Origin: Coniocarpon cinnabarinum | Taxonomy: Eukaryota | Direction: 5' to 3' | Length of the DNA: 60,512 nt | Assembly: GCA_051942205.1 (NCBI GenBank) | Contig: JAVECO010000147.1 | Coordinates: 1 to 60,512, forward strand | Part shown: positions 23,470-36,800 of the stretch, piece after piece | How positions within the stretch are numbered: position 1 is the first letter of the stretch | Layout: every line of letters starts with the position of its first letter | Translations under genes and position numbers: made by a program | Notes under the pieces: generated by a model | The model's database searches: none | What the model was told of the DNA's origin: nothing | Seen by the model: the letters and a program-made list of their open reading frames with translations, nothing else

Positions 23470-25892
23470 ATGGCCACCATCGCCAATCCAGTGGGCGCAT
23501 TCGACTTTGCTCACTCGACCGACTTCTCTGGTTCGTCCTTCAACTTTGACTCGCTGGATCAGTTCGACTGGGACAGCGACAAGGCTACCAGTACCGGCAT
23601 GGATCCTAACTTCCTGCAAAATTACTTCACGACGGGTGTCGAAGAGTCGTCCAAAGGCCCCGGCGTTCCGCAATCAAATACCTCAGTCGGTCCCTGGACT
23701 TTCGGTCATGGCGCGTCGACTGACTCGACTGCCTCGGAGCAGCCAAACTACGCATTTGTCGGCGCTGACTTGCCAGCATCTGAGCTGCATTTCCCCTTCG
23801 GCAGCACTCTCACCGACTTCTCCAACAATGGTGGATATGTCAGCTCTGCTGAGCAGTCCACCTTCAGCATGGATCCTTTTCCGGACGCCGATTTCCCCGA
23901 ATACCAGTCTCTTCTCGCTGGCGAAAAGCAGTCTGGTTTCGTTGGTGAGTGGCAAACATTTCCTCAGTCTTCATCGTCTGTCGAAAATCAAGGTCTTTTT
24001 TCTCATCTTTCCGTACCTTCCAATGATCCGTCTCCTTTCAAAAAGCCACAAGCAAAGGCAAGCACCTCTTCGTCAAGTATGAGCAACTCGCCTGCAGATG
24101 TATCGCCCTCGTTCTCAAAGGCGCCATGGCAAAGCGCAACCACGCCCTTTGGTCTCAAGCGCAGAGGCAGCAGTCATCCGCAGGCACCCGCACAGTCTCC
24201 ACGCCTGCCCCAAAGTCCACAAGCAGCATTCTCGCAGGGGCAAGACTGGGCTCAACCGGGTTATGCTCTTCCAGGTCAAGAGTTCATGCTGCCTGAAAAT
24301 CAGCTTTTCCTTTCTCCTACTCCTGTGCAAGGCGCACCTTTTCAAAACTCTCCTCAGACTCAACAATCTCAATTCTTTCATCAAACAAGTGGGAATTTTG
24401 TAGCTCCGCTTGAGTCATCTTGTTGGTCTTTTCCTTATCCCTTTCTTTTCTCTTCTCTTCTTTTTTTCGTAAATGTTTAGAAGACAACTTCGCATAGTTG
24501 CAGCACTCACTGACACGTGCTCTGGCAGATCCCTCACTCCTCCAGCAAGGCGTCCTTACCCCGACATCATTACACACACCAAGTGTGGGCTTCCCTACCC
24601 ACGCACCGCCAGTTTCGCCCGCACTCTCTCACACCTCTTCACACGGTATGAGCCGAACTGGCTCAAATCGCTTAAAGAGCTCGCGGAGTCAATCACCGTA
24701 CCTTCCGAGTCATCAGTGGGCGCCATACAGCAGGACGTCCTTCCCGCAACCAACGCGAAGCGAGTCTGGCGAGGTCACTGACACCGAGCGTGAAAGAAAC
24801 AGATGTCCACATCCCGAGTGCGGCAAGGTCTTCAAAGACCTTAAAGCGCATATGCTGACACACCAGAATGAGCGACCTGAGAAGTGCCCCATTCCGAGCT
24901 GCGAGTACAGCAAGAAGGGCTTTTCGAGGAAGTACGACAAGAACCGCCACACGCTCACGCATTACAAAGGCACCATGGTGTGCGGCTTTTGCCCCGGCTC
25001 TGGCTCATCGCAAGAGAAGAGCTTCAACCGCGCTGATGTCTTCAAGCGACATCTGACCACAGTGCACAGCGTCGAGCAGAATCCGCCCAACAGCCGAAAG
25101 AAGCCCTCGGCAGCTGCTCAAGCTCGCTCCTCGCAGAAGGTCGGTGAGGCCACTGGCTCTTGTTCCATTTGCCAGAAGGTCTTCTCCAACGCGCAAGACT
25201 TCTACGAGCACTTGGAGGACTGCGTGTTGAACGTAGTCCAAAAGGCCGATCCATCTGAAGCTATCAATGAACAATTGCTTACCTCCGTCGCTGACGATGA
25301 GGACGTCAAAGCCTCACTCGAGCGTCAGAATCTTCCCACATCTCTTGATACCACCATGCAAGAGTACGGCTCTGGCGCAGAGGAACAAGAGGAAGATGAC
25401 GACGACGATGATGATAACAATGGTGATTCGCGTGGCGCTGCTCAGTCGAGCCGTCGAGCCGGCCAAGTCGGCTCCTCACACATCAATCAGCGGGGCGCCA
25501 TCTCCAAGCCGGGTGGTGGCAGTCGACGCAACGCGCCAGGTCTCACCTTCAGCAAAGGCGGCGTTCCCCTACCGCGACCAAGCCGCAAACGCAGAAGAAA
25601 CTACCCCAACTCATGGGGTTGCAATCCAGAGAAGATGAAGATGAAGAAGCGCGTGTTGACCGTCTGGGACGGACAACACCGCCTCGCGAAAGATGAAATG
25701 ATGCTACACTCAGACCATGAAGTGCGGCTGCCGCTGCCCGACGCAGGCAACGGTGCTTACATCACAGATCTGGACGTGCAAACGCTGAACCGCGCAGAGG
25801 GTTTCTTCAGTGCCACAGAGGAAGAGCGTGGGCAGTGGGGAAGCTTGGTAACGAACGTGCCAGACGGGAATGGGTTGGGCCAGGTGCTGTGA
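23470..25892 (+). CDS. C2H2 zinc-finger transcription factor
   Basis: Exons 23470-24388 and 24529-25892. The N-terminus is acidic/Phe- and S/Q/P-rich. Fingers: CPHPECGKVFKDLKAHMLTH, CPIPSC..FSRKYDKNRHTLTH, CGFC..FNRADVFKRHLTTVH and a C-terminal CSIC..HLEDC. Confidence 0.9.
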
Positions 25893-26462
25893 TCAACTCG
25901 TTCCCGTCCGGCGCGTTCGTGGACGTGGAAGAGAGAGAAAAAAGAGAAAGATTTCATACGATTTACTACTAATTTCCTTGGTTCGCTTCAGCGAGAGATA
26001 CCACGCTCTGTTCATGAGTCGATGTATGTTTTGATGAGACATGGGTCCATGGACTGACTGATCTGATTGCGCTGGCTGTGCGGGACACAGGGTTGCAGAG
26101 GGAGGAGGATCGACAAGGGCAAAACTCGTACAAGCGTCTCTAGTAGATACCTCTATACGAGAAAAACAAATGAATAATAGATTATCTCTGTCACTCATGT
26201 TCGACCCCTTTTACCTACCAGCTTCAGTCCAACGGCAAATGGCGCAAGCTGTTGAATCTAAGCCGGACGCTACCTAAACTCCGTGTTTATGTCCGCATCC
26301 AGATCTTAACGAGGGCTTTGCAGCCCTAATCTAATCCATCTAATCGCGACACCATACTCGCGCAACGCCAGCGACTCCAGCGTACAGACCTGTGATTGAA
26401 TCCGCATCTTCAGTTCCTGGCAACCTTTTCCTCGTCTCGCAACCCTCACAACTCTCCTCAAA

Positions 26463-27557
26463 ATGCCTCCCAAAACGTACGTCAAATATCATACGCGCTT
26501 GCTTCGACTCTTACAGCCCTTTGGCGCAATGATCTAAGGCCAATGCTAATACATCTGCAGGAAAGGTGTCTCGGGCTCAAAGCTGAAGATGACTCTGGGT
26601 CTCCCTGTGTATGTCACATTCACTGCTCTTTCTCACAACATCCAAGTACTTGGGACCGTTTTCGAATCGGACATGCAATCGCGACGCCCTCTGCCTCCCT
26701 CACCCAAAACGACTCAAATGCTTCAAACACTTCACTCAAGCCTCGTCCAACCGCAGCCCGACACTTGAGGATACTCCACTGCCGATTCAAAATATCAACT
26801 ATTAAAAGCCTCAAAGTCCAGATCCCAGCTAACATGAAAATCAAAGGGGCGCGATCATGAACTGCGCCGACAACAGCGGCGCCCGCAACCTCTACATCAT
26901 TAGCGTCAAAGGCTTCGGCGCGCGGCTGAACCGCCTCCCCGCTGCCGGTGTCGGCGACATGGTCATGGCGACTGTGAAGAAGGGCAAGCCTGAGCTTCGG
27001 AAAAAGGTCATGCAGGCGGTGGTTGTGCGACAAAGCAAGCCGTGGAAGAGGCCTGACGGGGTCTTCCTTTATTTCGAGGACAATGCGGGTGTGGTGAGTC
27101 CGTTACTTTATTATTGCTTCGAGACGAAGAGGAAGAGAATAAGGATGCCAGTGCAGGAACAAGAGCGCGGGGCTGGCAGGGGATTGGTGAGGAGCTGGAA
27201 ATTATGGAGCAGGGCCGACGTGAAATATTGCATCAGTGAGCACGAACGGAGTCATGAACTGAAGACAATTCGTTGCATGAGGCGGTTGAGAATACCTCGA
27301 TAGTATTGCACGATACGGCATAGAGTGTGCAGGCAAGAAGGAAGAATGCGACAAAGCGCAGATTCGTCCCACGGCAAACTATGGAAGAGATTGAGGAATT
27401 ATAACGACCCAAGCGACACGAACATTCCAAGCTAACAGAAATACAGATCGTCAATCCCAAGGGCGAAATGAAAGGCTCCGCCATCACCGGCCCCGTGGGA
27501 AAGGAAGCCGCTGAGTTATGGCCGCGTATCGCCAGTAACGCAGGTGTGGTGATGTGA
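26463..27557 (+). CDS. rpl23: 60S ribosomal protein L23 (uL14)
   Basis: Exons 26463-26476, 26561-26608, 26847-27093 and 27447-27557 give [23 protein letters not shown]...[44 protein letters not shown]. Confidence 0.97.
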
Positions 27558-28365
27558 GGGCTATTCGCAGCAATGACGCGTGGCGGAACGGTGCAAACAA
27601 CTGACCGGGCGTCAAGCATTTCGTGAGATGTGGTGAGGAACTTGGTGGTAGGGGCACGAAATCGTCGAAATACCAGCATGTGGTGGATGGGTGTGTTGAT
27701 TGACGAGCATCCTAGCAAATGCAAATATGAATTGTACTGCAAGGTCAGACTTGACCCAGCGGCGGAGTTGCATGCGCCTTGACATCACGTGCTTCTAACA
27801 TTTCATACCAGTCCAACGTTGAATACGTATCTGCTGACTGTCTTAGTGCTAGACCCTGCCCTTCGGATACCGTCAGAAGCTTCATACAACAGGGAAGGAG
27901 CGGACTTGCCAAGATATTTGTGCGCTGGCCAGATTGGTACAGTGGTTGAGCACTTCAAACGTGCTCTCATTCGCGCCGGGAACATCTCGTCTGGCAACGG
28001 TGACGAGCTATTGCACGACTTCTCGCGACATGTCGGGAAATGTCCAATTGTCTTGTCATGTAGATTTTTCGACGTTCAACATGCCTTCACCAATATGGTC
28101 CTTGTCACATAAACCGTGCGTAAACAGGGACTTGCTCTGGTTGGTGGGTTGATATCATCCACGTCTCATTGATGCAGCATGGCAGGGGTAGCGTACCTAT
28201 GTAGGTAGGTACCTGCCCGCCTGGTTGCCTGCAGGCACTCAGCCTCGTGCGCAGCCCCAATGGCGTGAATGCGCCTAATTCAGGCCGTTCTTTAACATCC
28301 TTGTGAGTCTTGTGGGGTCTCTTCGGCCCTGAGCCTCATTTCTGATTGAGTGCAGCAAGTATAAA

Positions 28366-31300
28366 ATGTCTTTGAACAGACTGACCGCGAGCGGCTTGAT
28401 GAACAACCTTGAGATCGCACCTGCTTTCGCGAACTTTAATTTCGACTTCACGCTCTACGAAGAGGAAGCACCAAGGGAGTTCGAGGGCGTTGGTAAATCA
28501 TTATCAAAGACGCGAAAGGCCGATGCTGAGAGCGGACAACTTCATGTTGTGGCTCGCCAGCTTGGAGCCCTCTTTGCGGGCATACTGCCCAAGACTCTAG
28601 CGCTCATTTCAGCATATGGATCACGCGCTTCAGAAATTACCTCAGCATCCGCTTAAGGTGCCGAAAGCCGTCTTTCGGCCGGGTTCTTCGCCTCCTGTAC
28701 AGGAATTGACGCTACTACTATATGGGCGGGGCCAACTTCAGGAGCAATTGCCGTTCATCTCTTGGCCTGCATACTTGCAAGGTTTTGGGATCCTGGAGAA
28801 GCTGTATCAATATGGGACGAGATTGTCGCCAAACGAAAAGAAGCTATCCTGCATGCGTTTGAGGAATCTAATGTTGCTGGCCCGATAGAATTTGTGGCGG
28901 CAAAGCAGGACGTCTCTCGAAGAAGCCTTGAAAGCTGGGACTCTTCTGCTCGGGCTTGGCTAAGGACCGCGGACAACGTAAGGATCAGACAGCAGAAAAA
29001 AAACTCATGCTCATTTTGAAGAACGTCGATGTTCCTATCAATGACAAATCCGCAACCTATGAAAATGTCTTGACTGTCTGGATCATAGCAATGAAACGCT
29101 TTGATGCTCTAGTCCAAGGAGTACCACAAACTGCCTCTGGCGAGCTGCTGGCTGCAAGGGCCTCTTGGCATCTTTATCCAGACATTGCCATTGTGGAGCC
29201 AACACCTAAACAAGTAGAACTGGACGACGAATTGTTACCTCGATGTGCTGTGGTTACCATTGGACTGCAGACCCGGCTGTCCGCGCGAGGCCTGGTGTGG
29301 TCCTTGCCTCTTGAGCGCTTGCGACATTATGGGGCGCCTGTGAAAGTTGACAAAAGACTTCAAGATCTGCATCGCCTGCCATTCAAAGAGGTAGGCGCTG
29401 TTTTGTTAGGGAGTTTCCTGGCAGGTTGGAAAGAGCTCGGGAGTGATCCTGACGTCGCGACGCTCTACCTAAATGTGCTCCAAGAGTCTCTGGAACACCT
29501 ACAACATCAGCCAGTCGAGGGTCATCAAACAACGAACTATTCGCAGCACCTTTTGACCCTATGCAGGGATGGTGGTTGGCTTGGTCTTATTTTCTGTGCT
29601 GCTAAGGGTTATTTAGACAGTGACTCCAATCAGAAGGAGAACTACTCCAGTCTTTTGTACTTGGGACGCACTAAAGGAGCAGACCTTCTCGGCGAGCCCA
29701 CTAAAAGGCTCTTCGATTTCCTTGACAACGGCGCATACGTTCGTTACATTGCTTCCGAGGAGGAACGCATACAGTTCCTCCGTCGAGTGGCTGAGGACAC
29801 TAATATCGATGGCAGAGACTACCTTATTCGCTATCGCTATTCTATCAAGCGCTGTCACGTGTATGAGTTCGCGACTGCCAAGGTGTTATGCTCTTTGGGA
29901 CCTAAACGCTCGCATGATGGCAGTCTCGTACCGTCGAGTCATCATCGGCGATGGCTGTTCGGGGGAGCAGTCACCAGGAACGACCATACCTTTTACGAAT
30001 GCGGAAAAGCTCCTGCAGGAGGTACCCAAGAGATGATACCCCTATTGGAGTCAGACCAGACAAACGGCCTGCGTCAAGAATGGCAAAAAGACTATAATTT
30101 GCGCAAGTCTCGTCTCAATGACCTTGGGGAGATGGTTTACCAAAGAGAGTTTGAAAGAGGGTTTCAAGACGTTTCCAATTATGACACAGGTTCGGAGAAC
30201 GTATACTTGCCAGGATTTTCAACCAAGAGTCCTTGGTTCAGACGTGTGTACGGTGATAATGTTGCGGGGCTTTATGTCACGGCAACAGATCTCGGAGATG
30301 AACCACGTGTCGATTCTCCAGACCCCTCGAGGGCTGTCCAAAGCACGATCATGGAAAAAAACGCCGAATACTTCGAGGAATTTCTAAGAGTACAAAGAGT
30401 GGACAGGACTGAGTTAGTATGCAGCTTCATCATGGCTCTTCAACAAGCCTGTGCTGTTGACGAAACTGTTTCCGTGCCCGGGGAATTTTCTCAGTATGTG
30501 TTTTCTTTGAAACTCATGTCCACGATCGGACGCTTATACTCGACCTGCGAGGACGCTTGCGTCGACGTACGGTTCCTTCAAACAGCCGTTGTATGGTACC
30601 AAGTGGGCAGCTAGTATCGCAGATGGCTTCCGCTTGAAAAATCCAATAAATCCGTTGACAGCAGTGAAACCCTTCGAGCTCACACTCCCGCAGGCATTCA
30701 GCTGTTTATGTTATATGGATACAGGTCGTGTGCACATTGACCCGGCGCAGCTGATTAACGTATTGGCAATGTCTTCTGGAGACTCACTGTTTGTGGCGGA
30801 AACTATTCTGCAAGACCCTGTGAATTGCACGAACGATCACCTGGTGCGACCGATCACAGGCAACGTCAGTCGCCCGGGCGTCACGTTTCTTATTCCTGCG
30901 AAGCAGCCAATGGTCAGGCCCAACTCAATTGAGGAGTTCAGAGACCGACGATTTGCCAAATTTGATGGGCAATCAATGGATGCTTTTGACAAGACAACAT
31001 TACATCTATCCTTCATGACCGCCGAGATTTCATTATTTGGTAAGTTCTCAGGAGCGAGAACGGGCGAGGCCTACATTCTTGAGACCTGCCTGTCAGTACA
31101 TGACCGTAGTAGGTGGGTAGCGGACTTAGACGTGTTGAAAGCCGTTCGTAAATGTGATGAAACGACGGTTCTCGACACGCTGCAACCATGTGACAACATG
31201 AGCCACGCCTGGTTAGTATATATTAGTATCGCAAACAGTGGCTAGAAACTGACTGTCAGCCAGGCGAGTTCGCCCCGACTGGTTGTCTTTGGACAATTGG

Positions 31301-31501
31301 GCAGAGATTTTGGACGTCAGGTCAGAAAATAAAAGTTTCCATATTGTTCGAGCGAAAGGCAACTGGCAAGCACGTTTGGCTGCCTTGACGGTATGCTCAC
31401 AATTAGGACTCGACGCGCATGTTCTTCCACAAGACTTTTGCTGGACTTGCGTTGCAGAGATGGGCTCGATGCTTTCAAACAAAAGGGTTCTGATCGCCTA
31501 A
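28366..31501 (+). pseudogene. Disrupted large (~1020-codon) fungal hypothetical protein gene
   Basis: A continuous protein-like frame is broken by an in-frame TAA (28654-28656), a frameshift in the A8 run (28996-29003) and a frameshift at ~30580. There is one normal intron (31212-31263). Blocks such as NFDFTL..APREF.G.G..LS, IDATTIWA...AIAVHLLAC.LAR.W and WHLYPD resemble a fungal uncharacterised family as I recall it. Confidence 0.75.
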
Positions 31502-32848
31502 CGTGTCAAACTACTAATCGAAGACATTTTGGATCATCTTGCAAGCAGGATAGAAGAAAAGACTTCTCCCCGAATCAGGAAGATCATTGTTGACTGCTCC
31601 TCGGAATATTGCTGTGTGCAACATGGGAGAAATAGATACTGTCGGGAGCTATCCAGATCCAGCCATCAGCGCCTCTATGACGGAAGTTGGGACAGAATCG
31701 CGAAGAATTGGACAAAAGTGATTTCGCGCCTTAGAGACACGGCAGGAGTCACGGACCAAAGTCGTTACCAGCTATAAGTCTGGGCGGCGAGCCTGTGTGA
31801 TGACGAGAATTTGAGTCAAAAAGCTACAGACAATACAGCAAGTGCTTTTTAATTTGGCCTTTGGGGACGTAGAGGAACACAGGTGCGGGCAACCACATTC
31901 ACAGACGAGTACGACCACAGAGGAAGACGCAGACAAAGCGAAATACAAATGGACACAAACGCAGACCAACGTAGACCAAGGTCGGGTTCCACAAGCCCTG
32001 GCACAAAGAGTTGCAACACAAAAGCGTGCTTTATACAGCTTACAGTCACATTACCCAAGCAGAAGTATACGTCGTGTTTCGTCAACGAATTGGTCCAAAT
32101 ATGTATGATACCAGGTAAGTCTGTCAAATTTGAGGATGACAGATAGTGTACTATATACGCTGTAGCTTCTGTGTCATGATTGCTAATCATATATCTTGGA
32201 CCCAGACGAACATTGAGACAGCGCAACGCAGACACAGTAGAACACGACTCAGACTTCAGAGAGAAGTCCTACACGGAGGACGTCGGCCAAATTGAGTACC
32301 GCCATGGCTTGCTTGCATGGGTAAAGGGGCTCCTTGACGTATTGGGCCAAATCACAGTCGCGAAGCGGAACACTAAAGTTATCTGCGCCGCCCCCTCTGA
32401 CCATCAATTGACCGGGTCCTCGCCCATTCCACGAATGCGGATTCAACGCTAACACCCTCTCAATTACTCGCAGCTTAGTTGGACCATGCCCTGATCAGAT
32501 CAGCATATGCATTGAGGCACAAACACCACACGCAAGACAGTCGATTTACAAAAGAGCTCATACTTTTCAAACATGACATTTTACAGGAATTCTATATAAT
32601 TAACCTTTGAGCACGGAACTCCTTGCCCTTGTTCACAACGCGGGATACGACAAAAGCGTTAGTCTGAAATCATGGTGTTCTTCTTTAATCAGATTCTGAA
32701 TAGACAGCTCTCCTGGGTGTTTTACGAACGGAGGTTCGCGCGCTGCTTACCGCAAAGGTCACCGCCACTTTCCATAAACAGTTACGCTCTTATCAACACC
32801 GCTATAATATCACTACATCCAAATGGAGTAGCAAGTGGGCCGAAATCA

Positions 32849-33447
32849 CTAAAAGAAGTGTTCACCACTCGTTCGTTCTGGGTGGCGGAATAGCGCACAA
32901 ATGATGACCAACGTCAACACTACTAGCACGTTAACACCACTGACGCCAGCAGCGACAGCGGCGGCGTCAGTAGGACCACTAGAAGAGAGTGAAAACGATC
33001 GACGAGTAGCATTGCCTCCATTACCATAATCATGTTTGAAGCCTGATACGACTTCCGAGCCGCTCCTGTTTCGTTGGCACGCTTTGCGTGCATAGTCACC
33101 CCCATTCCATAAAGACTAGTATGATCAGTGCTGGTATTCCAGCGCGAAATTTATAGAATAGCTGCTCGGAGGACATGGTCAATTTGCGTCACGACTACCT
33201 ACTGCTGTCAATGCTCGACTCGTTTCTACATTCTCTCTCCATTCGTAGAGAGCCCGTACGCAGAACCCAGCTTCGCGATACGGAGCCAGATCAACTGTTT
33301 TATTTTTAGAACCTGACTTTTTATTTTCTACTTTACGTAGTGTAAGATTCCTGCGTGATATTAAACATCTGCTATACTAGTCATTAAGTATACTAAACCT
33401 ACTTCGTGAATCGTGATATCTCTGCTCACATATGGATCCCCATTCAT
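32849..33447 (-). CDS. Possible 3-exon single-pass membrane protein (~152 aa) or relic
   Basis: Exons 33447-33430, 33376-33203 and 33115-32849 are separated by GTGAGC..CTAG and GTAGGT..CTGAT..CTAG introns, all phase 0. The C-terminal hydrophobic stretch is AAVAAGVSGVNVLVVLTLVIICALFR. Confidence 0.28.
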
Positions 33448-33835
33448 GATTTAGACACCCGTTTATACAGTGGACGTGAGAGAACTGCTGGCGTTGAGGG
33501 CGGATGCCGACAGCACAGTCAATACCAAGCAGTCGCAGCCTGCTCGACGCGTTGAATCGTGAATGAAGTCGGAAGCTGACGAGACCGAATGGACGTTGAT
33601 GCCTTCGACTAAGCATTTCAGATGCGCACGGCGAGCTATAGGAGAAGAGGTAGCTATTACCAAATCAAACTTCTCACGTCGGCATGCGCTCGTAGATCAT
33701 GGATCATATCTTCGTTCGTAAACTATACAATAAAGCCGTGACTTCTGTACATCTGTGTGCGCCCAATTCGGCGTCTATCCGCTATCATACAATCATGACC
33801 TCATTCGCGTGCCCTGCTGTAATAGCAGACGACCA

Positions 33836-36800
33836 TCACGAAATACCAGGCGTGACGTCCCTCCAGACCCCCATGTTATCCCAGTCGGGAACATCGGCAT
33901 AGCTCTCGACGTGGAACTGCTCCATCCTAAGGGCCAATTCCGTGCTGCCCATCCGCTCCAGGACGAGCCACAGCTGCTTGCTCGGGTCGACCGCCACCTT
34001 GCGATTCGATTTCTTGGTCGGCGGTGAAAGCTGACAGTCTTCTGTCTTGATGCCCCCCGCATTAGTGGCATCCATGAATCCGCCGTTGCCGGACGCGGCA
34101 ATGACCACGCGATCGGGACCCTGGCCGCTCTCAATGGAGAGGCGCACGGGCGACGGCGGCAGATTGGCGAGCGCAGGATCTACGTTCTTATCGTAGGGTG
34201 CGCGATCGACGAGTTTGGCGGCAAAGTTGACGGTGACGAGGCGGTTGACGGCAAACGGCGAGCCGACGCGACGGGACCCGGGTGCGAAACAGACATCTGA
34301 GAAACGCTTGAGCACGCGGCCGGCGCCGGACCGCGCAATGCGATTCAGCGAGGCGTTGACATTGGATTCGACGGTGAGTGTGAAGTCGCCAAGCTGCCCC
34401 GGCCCGAATGTAGACACAATCAAAGTGTAATTGCCAGAGGGTATTGTAGACTCTGATATGTTGTCTGATATCGATTGGGGCTGGTTCTCGGCGTAAACTT
34501 TGCTTGTCGAGGCGATGACGCAGTGACGGCGGTATTCGCCAGAGTCGAGAATGATGTCGCGAGACTTTAGTTCTGCTTCGAATCGTTTCCCTTGCCCATG
34601 AAGCAATTTCACATTGACGCTGAGGTCGTCGTTCGCTGACTCGAGTATGATTGACAACGGCGACTCGGATGGAAGGTGCAGGGCATATTGCGGATTGTTG
34701 GTGTACGTATCGGATTTGGCGTTGCCTCCTGCGGTCTCTTCTGTCCATCGCCCAGTCTCATGCGTACTGTCACCGTATCTGAGTGTTGCCTTTCGTACAC
34801 TGACTCCGTGCTGGCTGAATACAGAGAGGGAAAAGTTGTACGAGTGTGGTCCAAGCAACTGCTCCGCTGGTACTACTGTAATGGGTTCATTGACCTGAGC
34901 GTTCAGTTTCATCAGAGTTTGAGGAGTGTCGACGAATGGGTTACTAATCAGTGCATTGCGCATGGACACAACACGTTTGCCGTGGCTTTTGAAGGCGTAG
35001 AGACTGACGTAGACCTCTTCTGTCTGTGGTTTCAGTCCATTGTCCGCGTTTTTCGCGATTCCCGTGCTACTCGCATTCAAATCGGGGTGCTGATGATCCA
35101 TGAAATGTCGCGAGAGGATGATCCAAACTTCGCCATTTTGGTTGGAATGCAATGTATATTGAGGATTTGAACGCAGAGAGTTCATCGGACTGCGTGAAGA
35201 CGACAGATCCCATTCGAAGTGTGTATCAGATCGATACTTCCATAGTCCAGGATTCCAATTGAGATAGAGTGAGTCGAAGTGTTGCAGCACGTCTTGAAAT
35301 GGCATCCAAAATGACCCGGGAAGCGTCGGTCGCTCGAACGGACGTTTGTGCGAGCCATCTGCAAGACTGATCAGCTGCTGGCTGTGGGCCTCATCCAAGG
35401 GGTCACTATCGTCTGCAGCGGGTTGAGCGACAGAGGCACCGAATCGTCCCTGCCAGGTAGGGCCGTTGAGCCATGGATTCTTGATCAGCGCCTTTCTCTG
35501 GCCATTCTTGTCCTCCTTGAGATCGAGTACTGCGTAGTCATGCTCGCTGACGAGACCAAGAACCCCCTCGATACTCTTTGTCATCTTCCCAGAACCGGTT
35601 GTAATAAGGACATCGCCGTAGTTGAATGCTTGGAAAATCCTGCCCCATGTTCGCTCGACGTTGGTGCTTTCATGCTGTAGAAGCACTTGCTCAGGAATCC
35701 AACCTGTTAGTATCCAGAGATCTGTGCCGCTGTTGCTGCCGGGAAAGTCGTAACCACCACGGATCTTCAAGTATGCTTTCTCGAGTAGCGCAGGCCACAA
35801 CAATCGAGGATTGTTTCGATCAATCACATGGAGTAAACGATCATTCATAGTGACAGGCAGTCGGTCATCGATCTCGACCTTTCGAAAGCAACCGTTGAAG
35901 TTTAGCCGGACGATATACTTTCCATTGGGAGAGATCATGGGAGTTTTTGCTTTCTCGTCGTACGGGTACAAGATTCCAGACAGCAACGAAGAGAACCCTT
36001 TTTCCACTCTCGCCATTCCAGCACACATACTAGCTACGACTGAACAATCTGTAGCCGCATCCTGAACAAAGTCAGTGGGACCAGGTGCTTGCATGATCGG
36101 CGGGCCCGCTGCGTGATCAACGCGCATGTGCGGTGGCGGCAATGCTATTTGAGGTCGCTTCCAGGCTGATAATATTTCACGTTGCTTCACAGACAAATTG
36201 AAATCGGTGTTGTCGACGTACCGAGCTTCCCTAGCAAAAGAGTGATGATCAAGAGTTCTACTCTTGTTGTCTGCCCAGGGCGGAAATGGACCCCCTGGCA
36301 GTTTCGACGCGCTCCACAACAGAAGCTGCTCCCGCCCGGTCAGCTCGCGTTCTTGTACTGGACTCTTCAGTTCCAAGACCTTTCTTGGCCAAGGTGAGTG
36401 CAGTGCGGCAAATCGCGAACTCGCCTGTGAACTCGCGTGTGAGGAAGAGGTCGGAGCATTTGATTGTTGTGTCGGCTTCTTGGCATAGGACTCTGTTTTG
36501 GAAGTGGCATTGGCACGGAATGGAACGTTTAAAGCAACGGGTCTGATTGGGTTTAGCGGTCGGAAATCCAGCAGACCAGCATTGCCGGTCGGGTCCCAAG
36601 TTTGCGCTTGCTTGATGGTTTCTGCTTGGGTGAGAAGCCGACTTGAATTGTCCTTATGAAGCTGCTTTTCGTCCTTGGTCTTGGCGAGTTGCATGAGCTT
36701 CATTGAAAGCTCCGTTGCTTCTACGGCAAGGGAGAGAGCTTCATCTTTGGTGAGTCCAGTGAGATCTCGGTGCCTGATCTCCTGTTGTTCTCTAAATTAA

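Noticed and set aside
27789..28152. Short ORFs between rpl23 and the pseudogene
   Set aside because: Non-ATG starts and no coherent gene model.
31842..32452. Canonical-looking intron 32114-32205 with flanking short ORFs
   Set aside because: No splice phase yields a convincing protein; it may be a non-coding transcript or a relic.
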